The notes under the pieces are model-generated. The model was not told the DNA's origin, searched no databases, and saw only the letters and a program-made list of their open reading frames with translations. Below are positions 27,366 through 38,541 of a stretch of 64,000 nucleotides of DNA, one piece after another. Source of the DNA: an uncultured Nitrospiraceae bacterium (GTDB lineage Bacteria; Nitrospirota; Nitrospiria; Nitrospirales; Nitrospiraceae). The stretch covers positions 672,001-736,000 of the forward strand of contig CAVPLT010000001.1 in the NCBI GenBank assembly GCA_963706325.1, read 5' to 3'. Both the position numbers and the translations under genes were made by a program. Numbering within the stretch: the first letter of the stretch is position 1; each line of letters starts with the position of its first letter.

Positions 27366-30251
27366 ATGTCACAGCCTAATTTCCTTGAGCCAAACGATAC
27401 ATTCGTCCCTCGTCACATAGGTCCGACTGCGGCCGACATTCAGGAGATGTTGGCTGCGTTGAGTCTGCCGTCGTTGGAGGCGCTGGTCGAGGCGACTGTC
27501 CCCTCGGACATCCGGCTCCAGGGATCCCTCACTGTCCCCTCTCCCCGTGGCGAGCAGGATGTGCTGGCGGAACTCCGCGGCCTGGCCGAGCAGAATCACG
27601 TCTGGCGTTCTCTCATCGGGATGGGCTACTACGATTGCATCACTCCGCTGGTGATTCAGCGCAATATTCTTGAAAATCCCGGCTGGTACACCCAGTACAC
27701 TCCGTATCAGGCCGAGATCGCTCAAGGGCGCCTCGAAGCGCTGGTCAATTTTCAGACCATGGTGGCCGATCTGACCGGACTGCCGCTCGCCAATGCGTCG
27801 CTACTTGACGAAGCCACCGCCGCGGCGGAGGCCATGACAATGTGTGCGGCGATGTCCCGAGCGGCGGGGCTAGAGCGTAAGAAATTTTTCGTCTCCGAAA
27901 GCTGTCATCCGCAAACGATTGCCGTGATACAGACACGTGCGGAACCGCTGGGGATCGTGGTGCACGTCGGTTCAATCACGTCGTTCGACCTTTCCAAGGG
28001 CGAGTTTTTCGGCACATTGCTCCAGTATCCGGCTACCGACGGGCATGTCGGCGATTACAGCGAGTTCGTCGATCGGGTGCATGCTGCCGGGGCATATGTA
28101 GTGGTCGCGACCGATTTGCTGGCGTTGACCCTACTGCGTCCTCCCGGAGAATTCGGGGCTGATGTGGCGGTCGGGTCAAGTCAGCGGTTCGGAGTGCCCC
28201 TGGGGTTTGGTGGCCCGCACGCCGCCTTTCTTGCCACGAAAGAAGAGTTCCGTCGCCAGATGCCCGGACGGATCATCGGCGTATCGAAGGATGTCACGGG
28301 CCGTCTGGCCTATCGCCTTGCGCTCCAGACCCGGGAACAACATATCCGGCGCGAAAAAGCCACAAGCAATATCTGCACCGCGCAAGTATTACTCGCAGTA
28401 ATGGCTGGTATGTATGCTGTCTATCATGGTCCACAGGGGCTGCGGCGGATTGCAGAACGCGTTCATGGTCTCACTTTGGTACTGGCCGAGGGTCTTCGCC
28501 GTCACGGTTGTGAGGTCGGTCTGGAGCCGGTGTTCGATACGCTGCGGGTTCCACTGTCGCAGACACAAGCGGACACGATTCTCAACCGGGCTCGCCAGCA
28601 GAAGATCAATCTCAGACGCTACGACGATCATAGTCTTGGACTGACGTTGGATGAGTTGAGCACCCTGGACGAAGTGCAGCAGCTATTGGCCCTGTTTGGG
28701 GGCCACCATATTTCTGCAGAGGAGCTGCAAACGCTCGTTCAATTGGTGGATGGCCGCTATCCCGCGGCACTGGCTCGTACAAGCCCCTATCTCACCCATC
28801 CGGTCTTTCATCGGTATCACGCCGAACATGAGATGTTGCGCTATATTCATCGTCTGCAGTCCCGCGACCTGTCGCTCGTGCATTCCATGATTCCCCTGGG
28901 ATCATGCACCATGAAGTTGAACGCCACGGCTGAAATGCTGCCGGTTACGTGGCCCGAGTTTGGACGACTCCACCCGTTCGCCCCCGCAGAACAGACGCAG
29001 GGCTATCTGGCGCTATTCCAACAACTTGAATCCTGGCTGGCCGACATAACCGGGTTTGCGGCCATTTCGCTGCAGCCCAATGCCGGATCGCAAGGCGAGT
29101 ATGCCGGCCTGATGGTGATTCGGGCCTATCACCGCCATCGGGGCGAGACAGAACGCGATGTCTGTCTCATTCCGGTGTCGGCACACGGGACGAATCCAGC
29201 GAGTGCGTCGATGTGTGGAATGACGGTGGTTGCTGTTGCCTGCGACCAGCGAGGGAACGTAGATTTGGCCGATCTTGAGGCCAAGGCGACGCAGTACCGC
29301 ACCCGCCTAGCAGCCTTGATGATCACCTATCCCTCGACACACGGTGTCTTTGAAGAGGGCATTCGCCGGATGTGCCAGCTCGTGCATACGCATGGAGGCC
29401 AAGTCTACATGGACGGCGCGAACATGAATGCTCAAGTCGGGCTCTGCCGACCAGCTGATCTCGGGGCGGACGTCTGCCATTTGAATCTCCACAAGACCTT
29501 TTGCATTCCTCACGGCGGTGGCGGACCTGGAATGGGCCCGATCGGAGTCGCGCGACATCTCGTCCCATTTTTGCCGGGACACCCGGTCACAAAACTGGGG
29601 GGACCGCACTCGATTGGACCGGTGTCGGCCGCTGCCTATGGCAGTCCCAGCATCCTGACGATTTCGTGGGTCTACATTGCGCTGATGGGGCGAGAAGGTC
29701 TGACCAAGGCCACCCAAGTGGCAATCTTAAACGCCAACTACATGGCCAAACGGCTGGAGAAGTATTATCCGGTGTTATACAGCGGGACGCGCGGGTTCGT
29801 CGCGCACGAGTTTATTCTGGACTTACGCCCGCTCAAAGAGAAGAGCGGTGTGGAGGCGATGGATGTGGCCAAACGTTTGATGGACTATGGATTTCATGCC
29901 CCCACCGTCTCCTTTCCTGTCGCGGGGACCTTAATGATCGAGCCGACGGAGAGTGAAGTAAAGACCGAGTTGGACCGATTCTGTGATGCCTTGATTGCAA
30001 TTCGGGCAGAGATTCAGGATGTTGAGGATGGACGGCAGCCGCGTGTGGGCAATGTGCTGAAGAACGCCCCCCATACGGCGCCGGCGGTGACGGCGTCTGA
30101 GTGGTCGCAACCCTACTCGCGCGAGCAGGCTGCATTTCCCGCTCCGTGGGTGCGAGACCATAAATTTTGGCCGAGCGTGGGTCGTATTGATGAAGCTTAT
30201 GGTGATCGCAACCTCTTTTGCACCTGTCCACCGATGGATGCTGCTCCCTAG
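27366..30251 (+). CDS. gcvP: Glycine dehydrogenase (decarboxylating)
   Basis: [31 protein letters not shown]. Confidence 0.98.
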   Translation: MSQPNFLEPNDTFVPRHIGPTAADIQEMLAALSLPSLEALVEATVPSDIRLQGSLTVPSPRGEQDVLAELRGLAEQNHVWRSLIGMGYYDCITPLVIQRNILENPGWYTQYTPYQAEIAQGRLEALVNFQTMVADLTGLPLANASLLDEATAAAEAMTMCAAMSRAAGLERKKFFVSESCHPQTIAVIQTRAEPLGIVVHVGSITSFDLSKGEFFGTLLQYPATDGHVGDYSEFVDRVHAAGAYVVVATDLLALTLLRPPGEFGADVAVGSSQRFGVPLGFGGPHAAFLATKEEFRRQMPGRIIGVSKDVTGRLAYRLALQTREQHIRREKATSNICTAQVLLAVMAGMYAVYHGPQGLRRIAERVHGLTLVLAEGLRRHGCEVGLEPVFDTLRVPLSQTQADTILNRARQQKINLRRYDDHSLGLTLDELSTLDEVQQLLALFGGHHISAEELQTLVQLVDGRYPAALARTSPYLTHPVFHRYHAEHEMLRYIHRLQSRDLSLVHSMIPLGSCTMKLNATAEMLPVTWPEFGRLHPFAPAEQTQGYLALFQQLESWLADITGFAAISLQPNAGSQGEYAGLMVIRAYHRHRGETERDVCLIPVSAHGTNPASASMCGMTVVAVACDQRGNVDLADLEAKATQYRTRLAALMITYPSTHGVFEEGIRRMCQLVHTHGGQVYMDGANMNAQVGLCRPADLGADVCHLNLHKTFCIPHGGGGPGMGPIGVARHLVPFLPGHPVTKLGGPHSIGPVSAAAYGSPSILTISWVYIALMGREGLTKATQVAILNANYMAKRLEKYYPVLYSGTRGFVAHEFILDLRPLKEKSGVEAMDVAKRLMDYGFHAPTVSFPVAGTLMIEPTESEVKTELDRFCDALIAIRAEIQDVEDGRQPRVGNVLKNAPHTAPAVTASEWSQPYSREQAAFPAPWVRDHKFWPSVGRIDEAYGDRNLFCTCPPMDAAP

Positions 30252-30276
30252 TTTGTACGTCCCCTGTCGTGCATTC

Positions 30277-30897
30277 ATGGCAACCTCCGCTTTTCGCTTG
30301 CCTTCGCTGTGCGCGGTCCTTTCCGTCGCGGCAGTCTGTCTCCTGCTGGTATCCACGCGTTCCGTATCCGTGTATGCCGGGGAGGAACCAGCCGCGTCCG
30401 CTGACATTCGCCAGGAAGACCGACCACGCGACGTGGACGCGGGCGTCACCTATCGCGCCGGCACCAGATTGAAAATCCCCGGGACCGATTGGTCCTTCGT
30501 CGTTCCAGAGCGATGGCAGAGCAATCGCCCAGAAGATTCAGAGCTGCCTTTCCTCATAGCCGAAGAGGGAAGGGGGCTGGGCATGATGTTTCCCCTTATT
30601 GATGTGACTCGTGAGGCGGTACGCGATCACTTGAGTCAACCTCTGTCGCTGCTCCATGGTTTGTCGTTTATTCCCGCCGGCATTGAGGTGGAAACCGAGA
30701 CATCGATTACCCGTTCTTATCAAAGCGAAGGCGTGGTCGGTCAAGCGCTGGCGGCGCTTGGACCTGAAAACGCCTGTGTGATCTACTTTGTCATGGGGCC
30801 TCCGGAGGAAGCGGCGGGCTTCGAGGCAATGTTGGAACGACTGCGACAATCCACCCGTTTTGATGACCTGCTATCAGGGCGCGAGATTGGCCTGTGA
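30277..30897 (+). CDS. Exported hypothetical protein
   Basis: Signal-peptide-like N-terminus ending VYA. Confidence 0.7.
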   Translation: MATSAFRLPSLCAVLSVAAVCLLLVSTRSVSVYAGEEPAASADIRQEDRPRDVDAGVTYRAGTRLKIPGTDWSFVVPERWQSNRPEDSELPFLIAEEGRGLGMMFPLIDVTREAVRDHLSQPLSLLHGLSFIPAGIEVETETSITRSYQSEGVVGQALAALGPENACVIYFVMGPPEEAAGFEAMLERLRQSTRFDDLLSGREIGL

Positions 30898-31099
30898 AGC
30901 GGAGTTGTTGAGGAGCGGCGGACTGTGGTCACTGGTGTGGGGTGGGCGGACCAAATCAGGTTGGCGATCGCGGTTGCTCGAGTGAGCTTTGACCGGGAGC
31001 CGACGATGACGCATCAGGCTTTACAATGCGCAGCCTCGGGGCTCGGCGTGCGCGTACTCCGGGCGTCGGTATAATTTTCCAGGGCTCCACCCTTCAGGC

Positions 31100-32089
31100 A
31101 TGCAGAGAAAATCCACCACCAAAGTCATTATCGATACCGACCCTGGTGCTGGCGACGCCCTTGCAATCCTGCTGGCCTTGGCGTCGCCGGAATTGGAAGT
31201 GATCGGAGTGACCACCGTATGTGGCAATGTGCCGGTCGGTCAGGCCACGAAAAATTTGTTCAGGATCCTCAATCTCGCGAAGACTCCGCCTGGGCTGTTG
31301 GTAGGACAGGGGGCGGCGAGGCCGTTGGAAGAGGATCTTATCACGGCGCTTCCAGTTCACGGAACCGATGGACTTGGCGACCTGGACGGTTTTCTGACAA
31401 CAGCGGGAACGCCGCGTTATCCTCTGGCGCGCTTGCCGTCGGTGTTGCCCACGGCGCAGGAGGTGTGGAACGACTGCGTACGTCGGTACCCCGATGAAGT
31501 CACGTTGATTACGCTCGGCCCACTGACAAATGTTGCATTGGGATTGAAAATAAACCCCCTCACGGTCCGGAAATTTCACTCAGTGATTGTAATGGGGGGC
31601 GCCATTGCCGTCCCGGGCGATATTGCACCTGTCGCTGAGTTCAATATCTACGTAGATCCTCATGCCGCCAATCGGGTGTTTGGGGCGTCGCTTCCATTGA
31701 CCCTTGTCCCGCTTGATGTGACGACCAGGGTTGGGGTAACACGAGACATGTTGGCGACATGGGTGGCTGAATCCCACGATCCCATGGGTCGGGTTGTCGC
31801 GGATCTGACCAACAAGGCGTTGAGTTGTGCCGAAGCGCTTGAGGGCAATGGACTCGTTTATTTTCACGATCCCTTGGCTGTCTTAGCGGCCATCGATCCC
31901 TCATTGATGACAACGGCGTCATATCATGTGTCGGTCGAAATGGCAGGGCAGGTGTCTCGTGGGATCACCATTGCCGACCGGCGAATGCGCAAGCCGGAGC
32001 TGAAAGCGACTCCCAACATGCACGTGGCCGTCGATGTGGACCTGGGTCGTGCACTCAATCTGCTCCGAACTCGCCTCTGCCCATGGTGA
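31100..32089 (+). CDS. Nucleoside hydrolase (IU-NH family)
   Basis: IIDTDPG, TTVCGN, LGPLTN, AEFNIYVDP, HDP. Confidence 0.92.
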   Translation: MQRKSTTKVIIDTDPGAGDALAILLALASPELEVIGVTTVCGNVPVGQATKNLFRILNLAKTPPGLLVGQGAARPLEEDLITALPVHGTDGLGDLDGFLTTAGTPRYPLARLPSVLPTAQEVWNDCVRRYPDEVTLITLGPLTNVALGLKINPLTVRKFHSVIVMGGAIAVPGDIAPVAEFNIYVDPHAANRVFGASLPLTLVPLDVTTRVGVTRDMLATWVAESHDPMGRVVADLTNKALSCAEALEGNGLVYFHDPLAVLAAIDPSLMTTASYHVSVEMAGQVSRGITIADRRMRKPELKATPNMHVAVDVDLGRALNLLRTRLCPW

Positions 32090-32208
32090 TAGTCATCGGC
32101 TCCGGCAACATTGAGTTCACGCAACTGTCGATTGCCTTCCAGACATTGAGTCACCGTTCGAATCAGGGTGAGAGCGGGAGCTTCGGACTGAGGTCATCAG
32201 AGGGATAG
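32083..32208 (+). pseudogene. Ribokinase N-terminal remnant
   Basis: MVIVIGSGNIEF resembles the RbsK start, overlaps the hydrolase stop, and ends after 41 codons. Confidence 0.5.
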
Positions 32209-32401
32209 AATCCTGGATATCCGAACGGCGAGAGATGTGGGGGCAAGTGTCCAAGGTCAATATTGGTTGAGGCCGATTTGAGGGTGCGAAACAAATGTCT
32301 CACATGATGCTAAATGCCAGATGAAGCCCCGCCCCTTTGATTTCGTCAATCCGCATACTGAATGGAGCACATAAAGGTAAGAAAATGCCGTCGTCGCACT
32401 A

Positions 32402-32935
32402 TTATGGCATCGTAGTCAGCCAAGGGGTCAGTGTGCGAAAGGCGCTCAGCATGGCTTGATACGAATAGGAGGCGTTGCGCCCACTGGGGTTTGGTAAGAG
32501 CATGACGGAGGATTCGTGCAGCGTGACTGGTTGCAGTCCCGGACTACGACTCGGCCGCTTTGGTTCGAGAGGGAAAATGACGGGGTAGAGCGTGATTCCA
32601 AGCAAGGCGATCAGGCGTGGTCGATACCGCTTAACTTTCCGCATGAGGGCTAGACGACCAGCGGAATAATCGTCAGAGGTCAGGCTATCCACACCTGCTG
32701 TGGCTCGAGGGACGAGATTGGTAAGTCCAATGCCCCATTCCGGAAGCCGAACATCATCTCGATAACTGAGCTGTTCATGGACCAGGTTCGCTTCATAGAG
32801 TAGCCTCCAGAAGCGGTTCGATGAGCCGGCATAGTGATGGCCGAGTGCTGCGGATCGCAACCCTGGATTAATGCCAACAAATAGTATTTTCAGATTGGGG
32901 GCGAGATAATCCGGGAGCTCAGATCGCGATGTCAT
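32402..32935 (-). CDS. mug: G/U mismatch-specific DNA glycosylase
   Basis: LFVGINPG, NRFWRLL, LPNPSGRNA. Confidence 0.93.
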   Translation of the reverse strand: MTSRSELPDYLAPNLKILFVGINPGLRSAALGHHYAGSSNRFWRLLYEANLVHEQLSYRDDVRLPEWGIGLTNLVPRATAGVDSLTSDDYSAGRLALMRKVKRYRPRLIALLGITLYPVIFPLEPKRPSRSPGLQPVTLHESSVMLLPNPSGRNASYSYQAMLSAFRTLTPWLTTMP

Positions 32936-33121
32936 GTATCCTCGTATCGATTGGCCTCGTGAGACTCTTATCTGGTGATTCTGTTTGGCACAGGGCGATG
33001 AGGCGGTTTAGTAGAAGGCACGCTATTCCGCCACAGGGGTAGCGTTGTGTAACGTAGGGTAGTGCACAGATAACGTCAGGGCACATTTCATAAAAACAAT
33101 GGCTTAAGCCGGTAGGCGCAG

Positions 33122-33138
33122 TCGGCAAGGACTTTGCT
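33122..33138 (+). promoter_or_regulatory. Putative sigma54 -24/-12 promoter
   Basis: TCGGCAAGGACTTTGCT (GG-N10-GC). Confidence 0.6.
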
Positions 33139-33192
33139 TTAAGCAGCGCCGTCGGTGCTCAGCAATCTCAATATAACAGGAGGTGAGTCAGT

Positions 33193-33417
33193 ATGAAGAA
33201 GATGATGTTGACTGTCATGGCGGCTGCGTTGTTGGTTGCGTTCAGTGCGCCTTCTTTCGCGGGCGAAGAGAAGAAGAAGGACGAGAAGAAGGGTGGACAT
33301 TTCTCCCAGACCCTGTTCGGTGAAGAGAAGAAGAAGGACGAGAAGAAAGGCGGACATCTGTCCCAGACCGTGTTCGGCGAAGAGAAGAAGAAAGACGAGA
33401 AGAAGGGCGGACACTGA
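33193..33417 (+). CDS. Small secreted charged repeat protein
   Basis: AGGAGGT RBS, 23-aa signal peptide, three copies of GEEKKKDEKKGGH. Confidence 0.88.
   Translation: MKKMMLTVMAAALLVAFSAPSFAGEEKKKDEKKGGHFSQTLFGEEKKKDEKKGGHLSQTVFGEEKKKDEKKGGH
33262..33414 (+). repeat. 57-bp coding tandem repeat (about 2.7 units)
   Basis: Units differ mainly at synonymous positions. Confidence 0.9.
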
Positions 33418-33452
33418 GCCCAACTATTTCCTGGCGAAGCTAGCTGGCCTTC

Positions 33453-33484
33453 AGAGGTCTCCCCGCCATCGCGGGGAGGCCTCT
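33453..33484. terminator. GC hairpin between convergent genes
   Basis: AGAGGTCTCCCCGC-catc-GCGGGGAGGCCTCT. Confidence 0.6.
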
Positions 33485-34011
33485 CAGGTCGCTCGCCGTT
33501 TTAATTCCTCTCGAATGTAGACTGATTGTAATCCCACGATGGTTTTCGCATCTCGAATGGTTCCATCCTCGATTTTCAAAATTGCTTCCTGCAGTGGCAT
33601 CTCCACCACCTCTAAGACCTCATCTTGATCTAGATTTTGAGTGCCGATTGTCAGCCCAGTCGCCAGATACACGTGGATGACCTCGTCGGCAAAGCCTGGT
33701 GCTGTAAAGATGCTGGAGAGCAGCTCAAAGCGCTTGGCCCTGTACCCAATCTCCTCCTCGAGTTCACGCGCTGCGCAATCCAACGGGTCTTCTTGTGGAT
33801 GTAGTTTTCCTGCCGGGATCTCGTAAATAAATCCGTTTGCCGCATGCCTGAACTGCTGAATCAGCACGACCGTGCCGTCTTCTTTTATTGGAACTACGGC
33901 AGCTGCGCCTGGATGGCGGATGATTTCTAAGTCGATGGTGTGGCCGTTCGGCAGGCGTACCGTATCGATGTTGAGGGTGACGACAGTGCCTTTGTAAATG
34001 GGTTTGACCAT
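33484..34011 (-). CDS. nudF: NUDIX hydrolase (ADP-ribose pyrophosphatase-like)
   Basis: HPGAAAVV, EIPAGK..AARELEEEIGY, DAKT. Confidence 0.88.
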   Translation of the reverse strand: MVKPIYKGTVVTLNIDTVRLPNGHTIDLEIIRHPGAAAVVPIKEDGTVVLIQQFRHAANGFIYEIPAGKLHPQEDPLDCAARELEEEIGYRAKRFELLSSIFTAPGFADEVIHVYLATGLTIGTQNLDQDEVLEVVEMPLQEAILKIEDGTIRDAKTIVGLQSVYIREELKRRAT

Positions 34012-34015
34012 AGTG

Positions 34016-35125
34016 CTAGAGCGTGCCAGGAGGTTTTTTGTAAAAGGGCGGTTTCACGACAACAGCCGGACAAGACTTCCCTCGAATATCGATTAAAATG
34101 GGTGATCCTGGCGGCGCTATCGCAAGCGGGACATAACCCATGCCGATACCCTTCTGCAACAATGGGGACAAATTTCCGCTGGTGACTTCGCCAATCTGGG
34201 CGTGAGGCGCCTGGTGACTCAGAATCTTGAACCCATGCCGAGGCACGGCCTTGTCGACAAGCTCAAATGCAACGAGCCGTCGACTTGCTCCCCGCGAGTG
34301 CTGGTCAAGCAGCTCAGCTCGACCGATGAAATCTCCCTTATCGAATTTCACTACCCAGTCCGCACCGGCTTCGATAGGGGTGGTCTGCTCATTCATGTCG
34401 TTCCCGTACAGCAAATAGGCCATTTCCAAGCGCAATAAATCACGAGCGCCCAGTCCTGCGGGTTTGATCCCTCCTGGGCGTCCCGTTTCAAGGAGGTAAT
34501 GCCACACCTCAGACGTCGCTTCGGCCGGGAGGTACAATTCATAGCCTAGCTCGCCGGTGTAGCCGGTTCGCGTCACGAGGACCGATCCACCGCACAGGGT
34601 ACCGTCGAGGCATTGCCGAACCCTCAGTGTCGCCAGCTCTGGAAGGCCGGCCGTCGTCAGAATATCACGTGAGGCTGGCCCCTGGATCGCGATTTGCGCG
34701 AGTGTGGACGATTGATCCTGGACTTTGCAGCTCTGGGCCTGTGCGACGTGCTTTTGCAGCCACGCGACGATCTTTTCACGGTTGGATGCGTTGACACAGA
34801 CCAGAAATTCGTACGGTTTCACATGGTAGATGAAAATATCGTCCATGATGCCACCTTGCTGAGTGCAGATCATGGAATACTGTGACTGGCGAACAGACAG
34901 TTTCGAGACGTCGTTCGTGGTGACGCGCTGCAAGAACGCCAGCGCTCCGGGTCCAGTGACACCGATGCGGCCCATGTGACTGACATCGAACAGCCCGGCA
35001 TGGTGGCGGACAGCGTGATATTCGTCGACGACGCCGGAATATTGGATGGGCATTTCCCAGCCGGCAAAGTCCACCAGCTTGCCCTGCGCCTGTCGGTGAG
35101 CGTCGATCAAAGGAGTCTGTCGCAT
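34016..35125 (-). CDS. gcvT: Glycine cleavage aminomethyltransferase
   Basis: FDVSHMG, TRTGYTGELGYE, GLGARDLLRLE. Confidence 0.97.
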   Translation of the reverse strand: MRQTPLIDAHRQAQGKLVDFAGWEMPIQYSGVVDEYHAVRHHAGLFDVSHMGRIGVTGPGALAFLQRVTTNDVSKLSVRQSQYSMICTQQGGIMDDIFIYHVKPYEFLVCVNASNREKIVAWLQKHVAQAQSCKVQDQSSTLAQIAIQGPASRDILTTAGLPELATLRVRQCLDGTLCGGSVLVTRTGYTGELGYELYLPAEATSEVWHYLLETGRPGGIKPAGLGARDLLRLEMAYLLYGNDMNEQTTPIEAGADWVVKFDKGDFIGRAELLDQHSRGASRRLVAFELVDKAVPRHGFKILSHQAPHAQIGEVTSGNLSPLLQKGIGMGYVPLAIAPPGSPILIDIRGKSCPAVVVKPPFYKKPPGTL

Positions 35126-35183
35126 GGGTATAGGCGAAGTCCATTCTGAGGGTGAGGATGGATTGGCGCGCGGTCAGCTCGTC

Positions 35184-35627
35184 TTATTTGACTTCCAACA
35201 ACTCCACATCAAATACGAGTGTCGCATTGGGTGGGATCACGCCGCCCGCTCCACGGGAGCCGTAGCCCAGCTGCGGGGGAATGGTCAATTTCCTCTTCCC
35301 GCCTATCTTCATCCCAGCCACTCCTTCATCCCATCCCTTGATGACCTTCCCTGAACCGATTGGAAAGGAAAACGGGTCCCGGCGGTCCACGGAACTATCG
35401 AACTTGGTCCCATTCGTTAACCAGCCGGTATAGTGCACTGTAACGAGGTTGCCAGACACTGCTTCTCGGCCCGTTCCTACTACTACATCGACATACTTCA
35501 ATCCGGATTCGGTCGTCACCTCAGGATTCGAGCCTGCTTGTTCACCTTGTGCCATCGTTGGTCTCCCTATGCTCATCAATAAGAGGCCTACGATACCGCA
35601 AGTCATAAGCCAGAAGCGAGTATTCAT
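35184..35627 (-). CDS. FKBP-type peptidyl-prolyl isomerase (exported)
   Basis: [33 protein letters not shown]. Confidence 0.96.
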   Translation of the reverse strand: MNTRFWLMTCGIVGLLLMSIGRPTMAQGEQAGSNPEVTTESGLKYVDVVVGTGREAVSGNLVTVHYTGWLTNGTKFDSSVDRRDPFSFPIGSGKVIKGWDEGVAGMKIGGKRKLTIPPQLGYGSRGAGGVIPPNATLVFDVELLEVK

Positions 35628-35710
35628 GGATCATTCCTTGTTTAACTGTTGAGTCGCGCCCAATGTATCATATCGCCCGAGTGTCTCAAATCGCTCGGGT
35701 TCGGCATGCG

Positions 35711-36913
35711 TCATCGATCTGGTTCTGAAAAAATCGCAATGCTGGCCGTATAGCCGTGAAGAAAATTGCGCCCTCCAACCGGGCCCACCTCGCCTTGAGC
35801 AAAAAACCCTGCCACAGGAATGTTTCCCAGTCGTTTCTGTAGAGCGAGCGCGTCATGGTTGGGCGCACCGAACAGACCTTTTCCGCGCCCACAGCAACTG
35901 AACAGCAAGGCTCCCAGCGGGGTCGATGATTCGGTGAGCCGGGGTGATGCCAGCAAAGCCTGGAGATCCTGATCGGCGGATTGCGCGTCGCGGACTTGGA
36001 ACTGAACAGTTTGCCCTTCCTGAACGACGTCTCCGATGACGATGGCCCCGGTCTGTTGATCGGCTCCGATCAGGTTGCGGATCAGAAAATCCCCTCGGCC
36101 AAAGTGCGCGCGTTGTTCATCCATGGCAATACCGATATGAAGGGCCCGTTGGACCTGGGCTCGTTCATCGGTGTTGAGTTGCCCAAAGACGGTTTGCAAA
36201 CAATGCAAGCCGGGGACTCCCCCCAATTCCTGGATGACATTGTGCTCGGCCTTGGTCACGATAAAGCGATCGCCGATAGGACGGCAGCCTTGGGAGATGA
36301 CTGAGCGAACTAAGATATTTCCAGTCAGTGCCACGCCCACTAATCCGTCAGCATAGGTCTGATCATCGAGGAATAGTCGATTGTCACCCATGTCCTGCCC
36401 GCCTCCAGCCAGCCCCCCGAGTGCGTGCGCGTCCGGGTAGCGCTCCTCGATGACGGTCAGCACATCCTGCATGGGTGTGGAGAAGGGATCTGCGAAGAGG
36501 AGCATCACCGGTGCCGACTCCCCGGCAAAGTCGGGCATCGGCCACCCTTGGAGTGAAAACTGGTCGTGGACGCTTGAAAAGGAAAGTCGCAATGGGTGGA
36601 TGGCAACACCAGGCAAATGAGCTGCCCATAGAGTGGCCGCAGGACCCGTTTCAACTTCGCGTCCAGTGGCAATGATTCCTTCACCGGTGCAACCAGTAAA
36701 GGTGTCTGGTTCCAGCGCCGTACGAAGAGCGCCTGAAAGGGTCTCGGCCTGATCTGCATGGTGGGCCGAGATGAACAGAAATGCTACGTCGATGCGTGAA
36801 GATCCCAACTGCTCACGGATGCTCCGCACCAATTCATCGGCGGCGGCCTGGACATTGCCTTGGCGGGTGAGAGCCGAGCCAAATCGGAGTGTCGAGGGAG
36901 GCGTGACAATCAC
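35711..36913 (-). CDS. FIST signal transduction domain protein
   Basis: ADPFS, GGLAGG, SQGCRPIG, FSCCGRG, GFFAQGE. Confidence 0.92.
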   Translation of the reverse strand: MIVTPPSTLRFGSALTRQGNVQAAADELVRSIREQLGSSRIDVAFLFISAHHADQAETLSGALRTALEPDTFTGCTGEGIIATGREVETGPAATLWAAHLPGVAIHPLRLSFSSVHDQFSLQGWPMPDFAGESAPVMLLFADPFSTPMQDVLTVIEERYPDAHALGGLAGGGQDMGDNRLFLDDQTYADGLVGVALTGNILVRSVISQGCRPIGDRFIVTKAEHNVIQELGGVPGLHCLQTVFGQLNTDERAQVQRALHIGIAMDEQRAHFGRGDFLIRNLIGADQQTGAIVIGDVVQEGQTVQFQVRDAQSADQDLQALLASPRLTESSTPLGALLFSCCGRGKGLFGAPNHDALALQKRLGNIPVAGFFAQGEVGPVGGRNFLHGYTASIAIFSEPDR

Positions 36914-36948
36914 GGGTTAACTCTTCAGAGATCGGGTTTGCCGGTTGG

Positions 36949-37176
36949 TTAAACGCCCGGATTCATGCGTTGAGGTCGATCCAAGGCGAGTTTCTTATAG
37001 TAGCGCCACATATAGGAGTGATAATCATCCAGTTGGGCGAGCAAGTAGTGCAGCTCCGTCGGGTCTTGCGTTTCTAGAGCCCGAGTCATGCGAACTTTCA
37101 AGAATTCTGCAAATTTGTCGGTCTTGTCGAGCGCAGTCAAAAGCGTGAGTCCGCCTCCAATATGATAGTCCGACAT
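36949..37176 (-). CDS. Small hypothetical protein
   Basis: GGAGG RBS, 75 aa ORF. Confidence 0.75.
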   Translation of the reverse strand: MSDYHIGGGLTLLTALDKTDKFAEFLKVRMTRALETQDPTELHYLLAQLDDYHSYMWRYYKKLALDRPQRMNPGV

Positions 37177-37269
37177 AGACCTCCCATGGCCAAACTCAGG
37201 ACAGGAGAATAGCCTTCGAATACTCTAAAAGCAAGTTGCTCACGGCCTGCCTGATAATGCAGTGTCGCG

Positions 37270-38541
37270 CTATGGGTGCGTGGCCGTAGCGGGCGAGAGA
37301 AGCGCTCGCAGACGCGGGATCGAGATGGCCTCGGCGCGATGCCCATCCCGTCCGACGACAGTTATGGCACTCGTAAGCGCATTGAGGATCGCTTCTTCCG
37401 TGGCCTCCACGGTGGCGGTGAGGACCGGATTGAGATGGGTGTCGGCCAGTTGCGTGACAGAAAAGGTTGGTTCGGTGGGATAATGGGGAATGACGTTCCC
37501 GGTGGAGAATGCCAGCATAAAATCCCCGCTTCCATGGCGAGCGGTCGACCCTGTCCGAGCCAGTCCTAAGGCGGCTCGCTTGCCGAGACGAGTCAGTTGG
37601 CGACTATCGAGCGGGGCATCGGTGGCAATGATCACGATGATTGACCCCTCGGCATTACCGGCGGTTCCTTCATGCCACGCAAGAAAATCGTTCTGTCCTA
37701 CATTCGGCAATAGGTGCGACTGGGCCTTATCGGCGTCATAGCGTTGGCCAACCATCACGCCGCCCATCATGAGTTCCGGGCGACGGCCCTGGTTGGCATT
37801 GACTAGAACCCCGACCGTAAATCCTCCGTTGGCATCAGGAATTTTCCGCGAGGCTGTTCCGATGCCTCCCTTAAACCCATATGAGATCATGCCGGTGCCG
37901 GCTCCCACGCTTCCTTCCCTGACGGGCCCTGACGACGCCTCATCCAAGGCCTGCATGACATTGGCTTCCGAGACGTGACGACCTTGGATATCATTCAGGC
38001 GACCATCATCACATTCCGCCACGACGGGAGTCAGAGTGTCATCGGTAATCCCGATGCCGGGATATTGTCGGAGCATCCAGCTGATGACTCCGTTTGCCAC
38101 ACGAGGCACGTTGAGGGTGTTGGTCAATGCAATCGGGTATTCGAGGAAGCCTGATTCCGCCACCCAGGCCAGGCCGGTCATTTCACCTGTGCCGTTTAGG
38201 ACAAACGCTCCCGCCGGGACTTTCTTCCGCCACACATCTTCTCTCGGCAGGATCACCGTCACGCCGGTTCTGACCGGTCCCACTCCCGGTCTGAGGGCGC
38301 CTTCTCCTCGCGACAAGGTCACGTGGCCGACTTTCACGCCGGGCACGTCGGTGATGGCATTCAACGGTCCCGTCGGCAGCTGCCCGAGGTTCATTCCCAG
38401 GTTGCGCGCACGCACTCGGGACTGGTCTGATGGGGTCGAAGCCTCCAGGCTCCAGACAGGGGAAGCATAGGCGGCCAAAAGGGTTATCGCGCAGGCCGTG
38501 GCTGCGCAGAAACGTGTTTTCGACGGTTTCATGTTTGGCAT
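37270..38541 (-). CDS. DmpA/P1 (S58) family peptidase
   Basis: NAITDVPGVKVGH, GAGTGM, GFKGGIGTASR, GSIIVIIATDAP. Confidence 0.93.
   Translation of the reverse strand: MPNMKPSKTRFCAATACAITLLAAYASPVWSLEASTPSDQSRVRARNLGMNLGQLPTGPLNAITDVPGVKVGHVTLSRGEGALRPGVGPVRTGVTVILPREDVWRKKVPAGAFVLNGTGEMTGLAWVAESGFLEYPIALTNTLNVPRVANGVISWMLRQYPGIGITDDTLTPVVAECDDGRLNDIQGRHVSEANVMQALDEASSGPVREGSVGAGTGMISYGFKGGIGTASRKIPDANGGFTVGVLVNANQGRRPELMMGGVMVGQRYDADKAQSHLLPNVGQNDFLAWHEGTAGNAEGSIIVIIATDAPLDSRQLTRLGKRAALGLARTGSTARHGSGDFMLAFSTGNVIPHYPTEPTFSVTQLADTHLNPVLTATVEATEEAILNALTSAITVVGRDGHRAEAISIPRLRALLSPATATHP

Noticed and set aside
33262..33414. CRISPR-like repeat-spacer pattern
   Set aside because: Spacers are 18 bp and near-identical, the repeat is in-frame coding, and no cas genes are present
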